A model generated the notes under the pieces. The model made no database searches, was not told the DNA's origin, and was given only the letters and a program-made list of their open reading frames with translations. Below, in pieces: positions 42,159 through 51,878 of a stretch of 64,000 nucleotides of DNA. The position numbers were made by a program, and so were the translations under genes. The number at the start of each line of letters is the position of its first letter. Within the stretch, counting starts at the first letter, position 1. Source of the stretch: an uncultured delta proteobacterium (GTDB taxonomy: Bacteria > Desulfobacterota > Binatia > UBA9968). The DNA lies in NCBI GenBank assembly GCA_963816145.1, contig CAWFJP010000011.1, positions 192,001 through 256,000 on the forward strand. The letters run 5' to 3'.

Positions 42159-43349
42159 TTAATGCAGGCCGGCAGCATAACTCTCGGCCTGTCGCCGGCG
42201 TTTTGCCGTCGCATTACGGTTGCTCCATGCAGCCGGCTGATAGACACAAAACGGATCGCTGCGCCAAACATCCCCGGTAAGCGCAAACGCCCGGGCCCGG
42301 CTGCCGCCGCAAATGTTTTTGAATTCGCACAGGCCGCATTTACCCTTGAGTTGCCCGTAGTCGCGCACGCGGCGAAATACCGATGAGTCGCGGTAAATGT
42401 CCGCCAATGTCTGAAAGCGGACATTGCCGCCGACGAGGTTGAGGAAACCGCTGGGCTGGACATCGCCCTGGTGCGAAATGAACAGGATCCCCTTGCCGTC
42501 GTTCACGCCAAGCGGCGCGCGCACGATGCGGGTAGCGCGCGCCGACGGCGCGACCTCTGTCGGCGTCGAGTGCTGCCGTTCGACCTCAGCGAGCAGGTCG
42601 GCAACGGGAATGGCGAGTTCGGCGGCGCGCCGCTGCAACAACACGCGCCGGTAGTGGTAACCTTCCCGCGGCGTGACATCGAAGGGCGCCGTTTTGGCCA
42701 GATCATAGAGCCAGTTAAACAGCGACTCCAATTGGCGCGCGTTGAGATTGAGCCGGCGCACCTCCGGCCGCGCCGCCCGCCCCACGGCGATCAGGAGAAA
42801 CAGCGCCCACAGTTTGATGCCGCGCGCGCCGATCATTTCGGCGATCGCGCCGAGATCGTTCAGCACATGGCGCGTCACGGTGGTGTGAATCTGGCTCTCC
42901 AAGCCACAGTCGCGGCACCAGTCGAGGATCTGCAGCGTGCGCTCGAACGATCCGGCAACGCCGCGAAAGCCGTCATGGCTCGCAGCATCCTTGCCGTCCA
43001 GGCTCAACGCCAAGCGCACCAGTCCGGCGTCGGCCAAGCGGCGCACCACCGCGGGCGTCATCAATGGTGTCGCCGATGGCGTCATCGCCACCCGCAGCCC
43101 TTCGCCGCGCGCGTAGGCGATAATGTCAAAGATATCGGAACGCTTCGCCGGATCGCCGCCGGTTAAAATAAAAATCGGATACGGCGGACCGAAAGCTTTG
43201 ATGTCGAACACCAGCTTCTGAGCCTCGGCAAAGGTTAGTTCTCCCGCGCTTCTTCGCGGATTCGCTTCGGCGCGGCAGTGCACGCAGGCGAGATCGCAGG
43301 CGCGGGTCGTCTCCCACACCACGGTAAAGGGTCGTTGATTGAAATTCAT
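42159..43349 (-). CDS. Radical SAM/SPASM protein (TIGR04053-like, AhbC/AhbD/NirJ-related)
   Basis: WETTRACDLACVHCRA, TGGDP, GVNDGKG, GKCGLCEFKNICGGSRARA..DPFC. Confidence 0.88.
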   Translation of the reverse strand: MNFNQRPFTVVWETTRACDLACVHCRAEANPRRSAGELTFAEAQKLVFDIKAFGPPYPIFILTGGDPAKRSDIFDIIAYARGEGLRVAMTPSATPLMTPAVVRRLADAGLVRLALSLDGKDAASHDGFRGVAGSFERTLQILDWCRDCGLESQIHTTVTRHVLNDLGAIAEMIGARGIKLWALFLLIAVGRAARPEVRRLNLNARQLESLFNWLYDLAKTAPFDVTPREGYHYRRVLLQRRAAELAIPVADLLAEVERQHSTPTEVAPSARATRIVRAPLGVNDGKGILFISHQGDVQPSGFLNLVGGNVRFQTLADIYRDSSVFRRVRDYGQLKGKCGLCEFKNICGGSRARAFALTGDVWRSDPFCVYQPAAWSNRNATAKRRRQAESYAAGLH

Positions 43350-43363
43350 TAGTGCTTTTTCTC

Positions 43364-43379
43364 AGCATGTTGCGTGCCA
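43364..43379 (-). promoter_or_regulatory. Sigma-54 promoter (radical SAM-hemerythrin)
   Basis: TGGCAC-GCAAC-ATGCT on the minus strand. Confidence 0.55.
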
Positions 43380-43424
43380 CCCACGCGGATCAAGAAACGG
43401 AGCTGTGGCTCGGTTAACTGAACA

Positions 43425-43620
43425 ACCCTCGGCTTTAACCCGAGGGGTTCTAAATTTGTCCACTGAAAGTCGATTCTTCGGGGTCGTCATTCCGGCGTAG
43501 AGCCTGCCCCGGACTCGATCCGGGGCCGGAATCCAGGTTTCGTTTAGCCTTGAAGCGCGCGCGAAGATGGATGCCGGCCTGCGCCGGCATGACAAACCCT
43601 CTCTTCGCCTCAAGGCGAGG
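43425..43620. repeat. Composite REP/MITE-like element, copy A
   Basis: CCCTCGG..CCGAGGGG hairpin plus GTCATTCCGGCG..GCCGGAATCC..GGATGCCGGC..GCCGGCATGAC. Confidence 0.8.
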
Positions 43621-43874
43621 GATTTCAACCATCCCCGAGAGCGACATTAATATTGACGACCGAGCGAGAAATTATTGGACTTGGGAAAACCACCGGGCGA
43701 ACTTCTTGTTTTCTAGAAACCGATCGGCTTCTTGACAGCGCGCGCCGTGCCCGGCGCTGACGGTCTTCGCGGGCAAGACAACCAACTATTCATCTGCGGC
43801 GATATTGGCGAAAGATCGAGCGCTTTGAACCAGCAGGAGATCACCATGGGCGAAGTTCTGCTCGAAAACTGAAT

Positions 43875-44046
43875 ACCCCTCAGTTCCAAGCCGAGGGGTT
43901 CGAATACGTCGACTGGAAGTCGACTCTTTCATGTCGTCATTCCGGCGTAGGCCGGAATCCAGGTTTTCTTTGGCCTTGCAGCGCGTCGAAGATGGATGCC
44001 GGCCTTCGCCGGCATGACAGACCTTACTCTTCGCATCGAGGCGAGG
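43875..44046. repeat. Composite REP/MITE-like element, copy B
   Basis: Collinear direct copy of 43425-43620 lacking the inner CCCCGGACTCGATCCGGGG hairpin. Confidence 0.8.
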
Positions 44047-44183
44047 CGCTTAAACCGTCTCCGTGAGAAACAGTAACCACGACTTGTCGCGAAAAATAGA
44101 ATCGGCCGACGTGATTTTCCTATTTTCAAAAAAGCCCCGCGCGTCCCGCCGCAATTTTCTCCGAGAACAGCGCCGTTTGTCCG

Positions 44184-44199
44184 TGGTATGCCGATTGCG
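44184..44199 (+). promoter_or_regulatory. Sigma-54 promoter (rrf2-nxr operon)
   Basis: TGGTAT-GCCGA-TTGCG, 46 nt before the rrf2 ATG. Confidence 0.55.
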
Positions 44200-44245
44200 T
44201 CGCGATTATGCCAAAGGACTAAATTCATCCGTTGACTCCGACACC

Positions 44246-44653
44246 ATGAAACTCGGCAAGGAAAGCCGCTACGCGATCGAGGGACTTGTGGTCTTAGCCA
44301 AAAAGCCATTCGGCACAACCATGCAATTGCGAGATATTGCCGCGGCGGCAGGAGTTCCCTCCAACTTTCTAGCGAAGATATTCCAAAAGCTCGGCCGGGC
44401 GAGCATCCTTGTCTCCTCCCGCGGCGCCGTTCGCGGCTACGCCATCGCTCGTCGGCCAAACGCCATCACGATGAAGGATGTCGTTGTCGCCGTCGAGGGC
44501 AGCGATGTTTTCGATCGCTGCATTTTTTGGCGCGATCGCTGCGCCGATCTGTCTCCCTGCCCGATGCATTCCGAGTGGAAACAGATGCGCCAAGCCATCG
44601 CCAGGCGGATGCATGGGATAACCTTGGCGGACTTAGCGAGAAAAAAACGGTGA
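44246..44653 (+). CDS. Rrf2 family Fe-S transcriptional regulator
   Basis: YAIEGL, FLAKIFQKL, SSRGAVRGY, CIFWRDRCADLSPCPMH. Confidence 0.92.
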   Translation: MKLGKESRYAIEGLVVLAKKPFGTTMQLRDIAAAAGVPSNFLAKIFQKLGRASILVSSRGAVRGYAIARRPNAITMKDVVVAVEGSDVFDRCIFWRDRCADLSPCPMHSEWKQMRQAIARRMHGITLADLARKKR

Positions 44654-44698
44654 AGCGCATTTGATCGATCCGACAACGATCCGGGGAGGGACCCTGAG

Positions 44699-46279
44699 AT
44701 GAAATTGTTTTTTGCTTCGATGATCGCGCTGGTTGTCGTTTTATGCGGCCTCGCAGTCATCAAATCCGCGGAAGTCAAATCACCTCCTGCTTCCTCTCAA
44801 CTCATTGCGGTCGGCAAGCAGCTCTACGGCCAGCAATGCGCCGCTTGCCACGGCACCACCGGCCGTGGCGACGGCGAAGCGGCTTATCTCTTGTATCCCA
44901 AGCCGCGCGATTTCGTTGCCGCCAGGTATCGCTTGGTTTCCACTTGGGAGCGCGTCCCGACCGATCAGGATCTGTACGACACCATCACTCGCGGCATGCC
45001 GGGTTCGGCCATGCCATCTTGGGGACATCTGACGCCCGAGCAACGTTGGGGCTTGGTCCACTACATCAAATCGCTGGCTGAGAAGCCGCTGGAAATTAAA
45101 CCGTCGAAAGCTCCCAACGCCGACGGCAGCGGCGGTCAGGGAGTCATTCAACCGCCGCCGCAACTGCCATTCGATAGCGCGGCTAGAACCCGAGCTTTGG
45201 AACTGTACAAAGAAGCCTGCGCTTCTTGCCACGGCGCGACGGCAAGAGGCGACGGCACAGAGAAGCAGGTCGACGAAGAAGGCTATCCAACCCGTCCGCG
45301 CGATCTCACCGCCGGTATTTTCAAAGGCAACCATGATCCGCTTTCGCTCTACCGCCATATCGTTGCCGGCATTCCTGGTAGCCCGATGCCGATGAGCGAC
45401 TGGGCCTGGGGCAATGACGCCTGGCATCTGGTCAATTACGTGCGTTCTCTTTCCAGTGACACGCAGCGTGCGCGTGTCGAGATGAAAAAATTCATCATTC
45501 AGGCAGAGCGCGTCAAAACTCTTCCCGATCATCCCGAGTCCGGTATCTGGCGCAGCGCGCCGCCGGTCAATCTTCACCTGATGCCGCTTTGGTGGCGCAG
45601 CGAAAGACCGGAGGAAGTGACCGTGCGTGCCGTCCACGATGGCAAAGAGCTGGCGATCCTGATGGTCTGGCGCGATGATACCAACGACCAGACCGCTGTG
45701 CGTCCGCAGGATTTTCGCGATGCCGCCGCAATCCAATTTTCGTTGACCGCAAACCCACCGTTTTTCGCCATGGGCGCCACCGGCGCGCCGGTGAATATCT
45801 GGATGTGGAAATCCGAGCGGCAAGCCGATCTGGATCTCGCCTTTCAGGACATCGAGAGAGCTTATCCAAATATCGGTATCGATTCCTACCCCAATTCGAT
45901 GCGCTCAGCCGTCGAACAGCCGTCTCGACACGCTCTGACGTTGCAATCGGACCCGACATTCGTCACCGGCTGGGGCGCAGGGAATATCGTTTCTGATCCG
46001 CAGCGAAAAAGTGCTGTCGAAGATCTTGCGGCCCAAGGATTCGGCACATTACGAGCAAGACCGAGGATCGAACAAAAGATTGACGCCCATGGAGTCTACG
46101 GACTGGGTTCCTATGCGGTCATGTTCCGCCGAACGCTGACACCGACCGGTGAAGGAGCCGTGGCACTGAAACCGGGCTCGACCCTGCCCGTCGCCTTTGC
46201 CGTCTGGAACGGCAGCGCGGGAGATCGCGACGGCAAGAAATCGGTGACTATTTGGCAGGATCTGAAGATTGCTAAGTAG
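44699..46279 (+). CDS. Diheme cytochrome c fused to an EbdC-type heme b domain (NxrC/gamma-like)
   Basis: Sec signal, CAACH and CASCH, FRDAAAIQF, FFAMG, VNIWMWK, AFAVWNGSAGDRDGKKS. Confidence 0.85.
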   Translation: MKLFFASMIALVVVLCGLAVIKSAEVKSPPASSQLIAVGKQLYGQQCAACHGTTGRGDGEAAYLLYPKPRDFVAARYRLVSTWERVPTDQDLYDTITRGMPGSAMPSWGHLTPEQRWGLVHYIKSLAEKPLEIKPSKAPNADGSGGQGVIQPPPQLPFDSAARTRALELYKEACASCHGATARGDGTEKQVDEEGYPTRPRDLTAGIFKGNHDPLSLYRHIVAGIPGSPMPMSDWAWGNDAWHLVNYVRSLSSDTQRARVEMKKFIIQAERVKTLPDHPESGIWRSAPPVNLHLMPLWWRSERPEEVTVRAVHDGKELAILMVWRDDTNDQTAVRPQDFRDAAAIQFSLTANPPFFAMGATGAPVNIWMWKSERQADLDLAFQDIERAYPNIGIDSYPNSMRSAVEQPSRHALTLQSDPTFVTGWGAGNIVSDPQRKSAVEDLAAQGFGTLRARPRIEQKIDAHGVYGLGSYAVMFRRTLTPTGEGAVALKPGSTLPVAFAVWNGSAGDRDGKKSVTIWQDLKIAK

Positions 46280-46285
46280 CGACGG

Positions 46286-46394
46286 TTCAACCCCCACCTC
46301 TTTCCTCCCCCGCGGCGCGGGGGAGGATGAAGGAGGGGGATTGAACGACTGGAACCACTGGAACGATTGGAACGCGAGCGACGACAGGAGCGAG
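46286..46394. repeat. nxr-operon intergenic palindrome, copy 1
   Basis: CCTCCCCCGCGGCGCGGGGGAGG hairpin, TGGAACNNN 9-mers, CGAGCGACGACAGGAGCGAG. Confidence 0.9.
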
Positions 46395-46398
46395 AAAA

Positions 46399-49300
46399 AT
46401 GAACGACGATGAAGCCAGAGCGATGAGCGCGAATCACCCGCCGTGATTTTCTCAAGTGGATGGGCATCGGCACCGGCGCAGCGGCCATCGCTGCCGGTTC
46501 TTTGCACTATTTCAGACCGGCAGACGGCGGCGACAATCCCCTTGCCCGATCGATCAATCGAGAATGGGAAAAGATTTACCGGGATCAATACAAATTCGAT
46601 AGCGCTTTTGACTGGGTCTGCTCGCCAAACGACACCCATGCGTGCCGAGTGCGCGCTTACGTGCGCAATGGCATCGTCACCCGCATGGGAGCCACCTACG
46701 ATTACCAAAACTACGCCGATCTTTACGGCAACAAAGCAACCGTCAATTGGAATCCGCGCCAGTGCGCCAAGGGCTACACTTTTCATCGCGTCATCTATGG
46801 CCCCTACCGGCTGCGCCATCCGATCGTGCGCAAAGGTTGGAAGGCTTGGGCGGATGCCGGCTTTCCCGAACTCACGCCGGAGAACAAAACCAGATACATG
46901 TTCGACGCCCGCGGCCAAGACGAGTTCGTGCAGATTTCCTGGCCGGACGCCTTCGACAACATCGCCAAGGCGCTGGTCGCGATTTCTACCCGTTACAGCG
47001 GCGACGCCGGAAAGAAACTTCTCCTGGCACAAGGTTACCAACCGGAAATGGTCGAAGAGATGGGCGGCGCCGGCACGCGTACGGTAAAAATGCGCGGCGG
47101 TATGGGCTTGCTTGGCGTGATCGGCAAGTACGGCATGTACCGCCTCAACAATTCACTGGCGCTGCTCGATGCCAAGATCCGCGGCGTCGGTCCCGAGAAG
47201 GCCCGCGCCGGGCGCAATTTTTCGAACTATACCTGGCATGGCGATCAAGCGCCGGGCCATCCCTGGGTGCACGGCCTGCAGGCGTCGGAGTGCGACTTCA
47301 ACGATTTGCGTTTTTCCAAACTCATCATCATGGACGGCAAGAACCTGGTCGAAAACAAGCTCACCGACTCGCACTGGTTTATCGAGTGCATGGAGCGCGG
47401 CGCGAAGATCGTGGTGATCGCGCCGGAATACGGCCCGCCGTCGACCAAAGCCGACTACTGGATTCCGATTCGCCCGCAGACCGACGCCGCGCTTTGGCTC
47501 GGCGTTACTAAGCTGATGATCGACAAGCAATGGTACGACGAAACTTTCGTCAAGCGCTTCACCGATTTCCCGCTGCTCGTGCGCACGGATAATTTGAAGC
47601 GGCTGCGCGCCCAGGAAATTTTTGCCAATTACAAAACCAGTCTGTCGGCTGACGGCCCGTCGATGAAGGTGCAAGGTCTGACCGCCGAGCAGCACGCCCA
47701 GCTTGGCGACTTCGTGATTTGGGATGGGAAGACGAACGGCCCGGTGGCAATCACGCGCGATGATGTGGGCGAGACTATGGCAAAAAAAGGCTTGGACCCA
47801 GCGCTCGCCGGCACTTTCAAGGTCAAACTCACCGACGGCAAAGAAGTCGAAGTCGCAACGCTTTGGACGCTTTATCAAACCCATCTGAAGGACTACGACC
47901 TCGATACGGTAGCCGAGATCACCCAGGCGCCGAAAGCGATGATCGAGCAGCTGGCGCAAGATATCGCGACGATGAAACCGGTGGCGATTCATCAAGGCGA
48001 GGGCATCAACCACTGGTTCCACGCCACGGAAATGAACCGCGCAGCATACTTACCGCTGATGCTGACGGGCAACATCGGCAAGCCGGGCGCCGGCTGCCAC
48101 ACCTGGGCGGGCAACTACAAAGCGGCCCTCTTTCAGGGCTCGCCCTGGACCGGTCCTGGCTTTAAAGGCTGGGTAGCGGAAGACCCGTTTGAGATCAACC
48201 TCAATCCGAAGGCTGACGGCAAAGAGATCCATGCTCATGCTTACACCAAAGACGAAGAGCCGGCTTATTGGAATCACGGCGATCTCGCTTTGATCGTCAA
48301 CACGCCGAAGTTTGGCCGCAAAAACTTTACCGGCAAGACCCACATGCCGACGCCCACCAAAGCCCTGCTCTTCAACAACGTCAACCTGATCAATAACGCC
48401 AAGTGGGCCTACGGCATGATCAAGAACGTCAATCCCAATGTGGAAATGATCGTTTCGATGGACATTCAGATGACCGCTTCCATCGAGTATGCCGACCTCG
48501 CGCTGCCGGCCAACTCGTGGCTCGAATTCGAAGGATTGGAAATTACCGCGAGCTGCTCGAATCCTTTCCTGCAAATTTGGAAAGGCGGTATTGCGCCGGT
48601 CTTCGACAGCAAAGATGACCTCGACATCATCGCCGGCATCGCCAATGCGCTCGCCAACGTCACCGGCGAGAAACGATTCCGCGATTACTTTGCCTTTGCC
48701 GCCGCCGACAAACGGGGCGTTTACATCCAGCGCCTGCTCGACACCTGTACGACGACGGCCGGTTACAAGCTCACCGATATCATGGCCGGCAAGTACGGCC
48801 CGTCGGGCGGCTGCTTGCTGAACTTCCGCACCTATCCGCGCATTCCCTTCTATGAACAGGTGCACGACAGCGAACCGTTCCATACGGACACAGGACGGAT
48901 GCACGCCTACGCGGACGTGCCGGAAGCGATCGAGTACGGCGAGAACTTCATCGTGCATCGCGAAGGGCCGGAAGCGACACCCTATTTGCCCAACGTCATC
49001 GTCAGCTCCAATCCGCTCGTGCGACCCGAGGACTATGGCATCCCTGCCAAGGCCGAGCACTGGGATGAGCGCACCATCCGCAACATCAAGATGCCCTGGA
49101 GCAAGGTCAAGCAGAGCAAAAACTTTCTCTGGGAAAAGGGCTTCCAGTTTTACTGCTTGACACCGAAGACGCGCCACCGGGTGCATAGCGGCTGGTCGAA
49201 CGTCGATTGGCACATGCTGATGGACTCCAACTTCGGCGATCCCTACCGCCTGGACAAGCGCGCCCCCTGCGTCGGCGAACATCAACTGCACATGAATCCC

Positions 49301-49868
49301 CAGGCAGCTCGCGATCTTAACATCAACGACGGCGACTACGTTTACGTCGACGCCAACCCGGCCGATCGGCCCTACCTCGGCGCGAAACCAGATGATCCGT
49401 TCTATCGCGTGTCGCGCCTGCATGCTGCGCGTGACCTATAACCGCGCTTATCCGTACAACATCGTGATGATGAAGCATGCACCGTTCATCGCCACGGAGA
49501 AAAGCGTCAAGGCGCACGAAACCCGGCCCGACGGCCGCGCGTTGTCGGCGAACACCGGCTACCAGGCCAATCTGCGCTACGGCTCGCAGCAATCGATCAC
49601 GCGCAATTGGCATATGCCGATGCATCAGACCGACACGCTGTTTCACAAGTCGAAAGCTTTCATGAGCTTTATTTTCGGCGGCGAAGCCGACAATCACGCC
49701 GTCAACACCGTGCCCAAAGAAACCCTCGTCCGCGTCACCAAAGCGGAAGACGGCGGCATGGGCGCCAAAGGCATCTGGAAACCAGCGACGTCGGGACACT
49801 CGCCGGATAACGAGAACGATCTGATGAAACGATATCTGGCGGGAGATTTGACCAAGGTGAAAACATGA
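46399..49868 (+). CDS. nxrA: Periplasmic nitrite oxidoreductase/nitrate reductase alpha subunit (type II DMSO reductase family, anammox/Nitrospira clade); indels near 46430 and 49420
   Basis: Tat motif ITRRDFLK, FS0 CSPNDTHAC..C, GGMGLLGVIGKYGMYR, Mo-ligand NYTWHGDQAPGHP, HREGPEATPYLPN, RYGSQQS, NTVPKETLV. Confidence 0.92.
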
Positions 49869-49876
49869 AGCGAGAC

Positions 49877-50021
49877 CGTTCCACAAGTTCCAACCGTTCC
49901 AATCGTTTCAGCCCCCACCTCTTTCCTCCCCCGCGTCGCGGGGGAGGACGAAGGAGGGGGATTGAACTTCTGGAACAATTGGAACCTGGAACGACTGGAA
50001 CCCGAGCGACGAAGGAGCGAG
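49877..50021. repeat. nxr-operon intergenic palindrome, copy 2
   Basis: GTTCCA 9-mers, core hairpin, TGGAAC 9-mers, CGAGCGACGAAGGAGCGAG. Confidence 0.9.
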
Positions 50022-50023
50022 AG

Positions 50024-50455
50024 ATGCCCTTTAAAGACCCCGATCCCACCGATCCGAACATGCTCGTCGGCGTGATGTTGCCGGCGGACGCGGAAGCGAC
50101 CCGCGATATGGCCTATGTCTTCGCTGAAGAATTCGCGCGCATGGGTTACAACCGCGAGCAGTTGCTCTGGCTGTTCAAGAATCCCTTCTACGGCGGCGCC
50201 CATGGCGCGTACCGGGCGCTCGGCGAACAAGAAACTCTGGCGATCATCGATGAATGTCTGAACGTTTGGGGAAACATTCGGGTTCGGTTCTGGATTTTCG
50301 ACGTTCAAGCGATCAAACTGCCAGCCTCCGACCTCCCCCGCGACGCGGGGGAGGATGAAGGAGGAGGCTTGAACGGAGCGCAGCGTGTTGAACGGAATCG
50401 AATGATCGAACGATTGAACGGAATCCAAATTCGAGCGACGAGAGGAGCGAGATGA
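50024..50455 (+). CDS. Small protein between nxrA and nxrB (tail runs through repeat copy 3)
   Basis: AAGGAG RBS; MPFKDPDPTDP..FAEEFARMG..LFKNPFYGGAH. Confidence 0.75.
   Translation: MPFKDPDPTDPNMLVGVMLPADAEATRDMAYVFAEEFARMGYNREQLLWLFKNPFYGGAHGAYRALGEQETLAIIDECLNVWGNIRVRFWIFDVQAIKLPASDLPRDAGEDEGGGLNGAQRVERNRMIERLNGIQIRATRGAR
50332..50451. repeat. nxr-operon palindrome, copy 3 (partial)
   Basis: CCTCCCCCGCGACGCGGGGGAGGATGAAGGAGG..TTGAACG..CGAGCGACGAGAGGAGCGAG. Confidence 0.85.
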
Positions 50456-51721
50456 TGAGCTAAGGTTCACAACTGGCAGATCGGCCGGGAAATGAATTAT
50501 CCCTACCCGCAAGCATTCCCGCGCCAACAATTCGCCTTCGTCTTCAACATCAACCGCTGCATCGCCTGTCAGAGCTGCACGATGGCCTGCAAGTCCACCT
50601 GGACCTTCAATAAGGGCCAGGAGCATATGTGGTGGGCCAACGTCGAGACCAAGCCCTACGGCGGCTACCCGCAATTCTGGGACGCCAAGATTCTCGACCT
50701 CCTGGAACAAGCCAACCCCGGCAACCAGCAATGGTCGGGAAAACCGTCCAACGATAAAAACAAACCTTACGGCCAGTTCGACGGCAAGACGATTTTCGAA
50801 GCGCAAAACATGCTGACGCCGGACAGCGCCCGCGTGCTCGGCTATCTGCCGACCGACGAAGAATGGAACTTGCCGAATATTTTCGAAGACAATCCGGTCG
50901 GCAAACGAGGGGTGCGCAACGAGATCGACAAGGAAGGCACGGCGCTGCCAGAGCATAAGACCTGGTTCTTCTATCTAGCGCGCATCTGCAACCACTGCAG
51001 CTATCCGGCCTGCCTGGCCGCCTGCCCGCGCAAAGCGATCTACAAAAGGCCCGAAGACGGCATCGTACTAATCGATCAGAAGGAATGCCGCGGCTACCGC
51101 AAATGCGTTGAAGCCTGCCCGTACAAAAAGTCCATGTACCGCGGCAACACCCGGGTGTCGGAAAAATGCGTCGGCTGTTATCCACGCGTCGAAGGGAAAG
51201 ATCCGGAAAGCGACGGCCAACCGATGGAAACCCGTTGCATGGCCGCCTGCATCGGCCAGATCCGCATGCAGGGTCTGGTCAAGATGAACAACGACGGCAG
51301 TTGGGCCGAAGACCGCTACAACCCGCTCTACTATATGGTCAAGGTCGCCAAAGTTGCCCTGCCGCTTTATCCGCAGTTCGGCACCGAGCCCAATGGTTAT
51401 TATATTCCGCCGCGTTGGGTGCCGCGGGAATATCTGAAGCAGATGTTCGGTCCGGGCGTCGACGAGGCGATCGAGCGCTACAGCTATCCCGATCGCGAAT
51501 TGTTGGCGGTCTTGCAGCTATTCCGCCGCTCGAATCGGATTATTTTCCGCTACGAAATCAAAGAAGGGCCGAAAGTCTACGAAGCGACGCTCAGGGGGCG
51601 CAAGGTCACCCTGTATAACGACACCGTGATCGCCTACGGCCAAGACAATAAAGAGATCTTCCGCACCCAGATCGAAGAGCCGGTGCACGTGCGGCCGAAC
51701 AAGCATGCGAACTCCATATGA
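50455..51721 (+). CDS. nxrB: Nitrite oxidoreductase/nitrate reductase beta (Fe-S) subunit; one extra base after the ATG
   Basis: (M)AKVHNWQIGREMNYPY, CIACQSCTMAC, CNHCSYPACLAAC, CRGYRKCVEAC, CVGC..CMAAC, PQFGTEPNGYYIPPR. Confidence 0.93.
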
Positions 51722-51730
51722 ATCAAACGC

Positions 51731-51856
51731 GTTCCAGCCGTTCCACCGCTGCGCTCCGTTCCAGTCGTTCAACCCCCTCCTTCATCCTCCCCCGCGACGC
51801 GGGGGAGGAAAGAGGTGGGGGTTGGATCGATTGGAACGATTGGAACCACTGGAACC
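51731..51856. repeat. nxr-operon palindrome, copy 4 (core inverted)
   Basis: GTTCCA repeats, CCCCCTCCTTCATCCTCCCCCGCGACGCGGGGGAGGAAAGAGGTGGGGG, TGGAAC repeats. Confidence 0.9.
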
Positions 51857-51878
51857 AACCGAGAAATGAGGCAACTCC

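Noticed and set aside
46409-46426. In-frame TGA before the NxrA Tat motif read as selenocysteine or readthrough
   Set aside because: It would lie in a signal peptide. An RBS-backed ATG at 46399 plus an indel in the GCGCG run is a simpler explanation
48050-49423. Long antisense ORFs (also 49694-50956, 56118-57419, 60569-61897, 2945-3829)
   Set aside because: Shadows of high-GC3 genes on the opposite strand, with no motifs or RBS
49392-49441. Programmed frameshift or genuinely split nxrA
   Set aside because: No slippery sequence; removing one C restores VSRLMLR; similar indels occur throughout the window
46399-51721. Canonical cytoplasmic NarGHJI
   Set aside because: Tat motif present, Cys/Asp rather than His FS0 pattern, no NarI, and an EbdC-type gamma subunit
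46286-51856. Repeats read as a CRISPR array
   Set aside because: Copies are separated by whole genes, vary in length, lack spacer periodicity, and no cas genes are present
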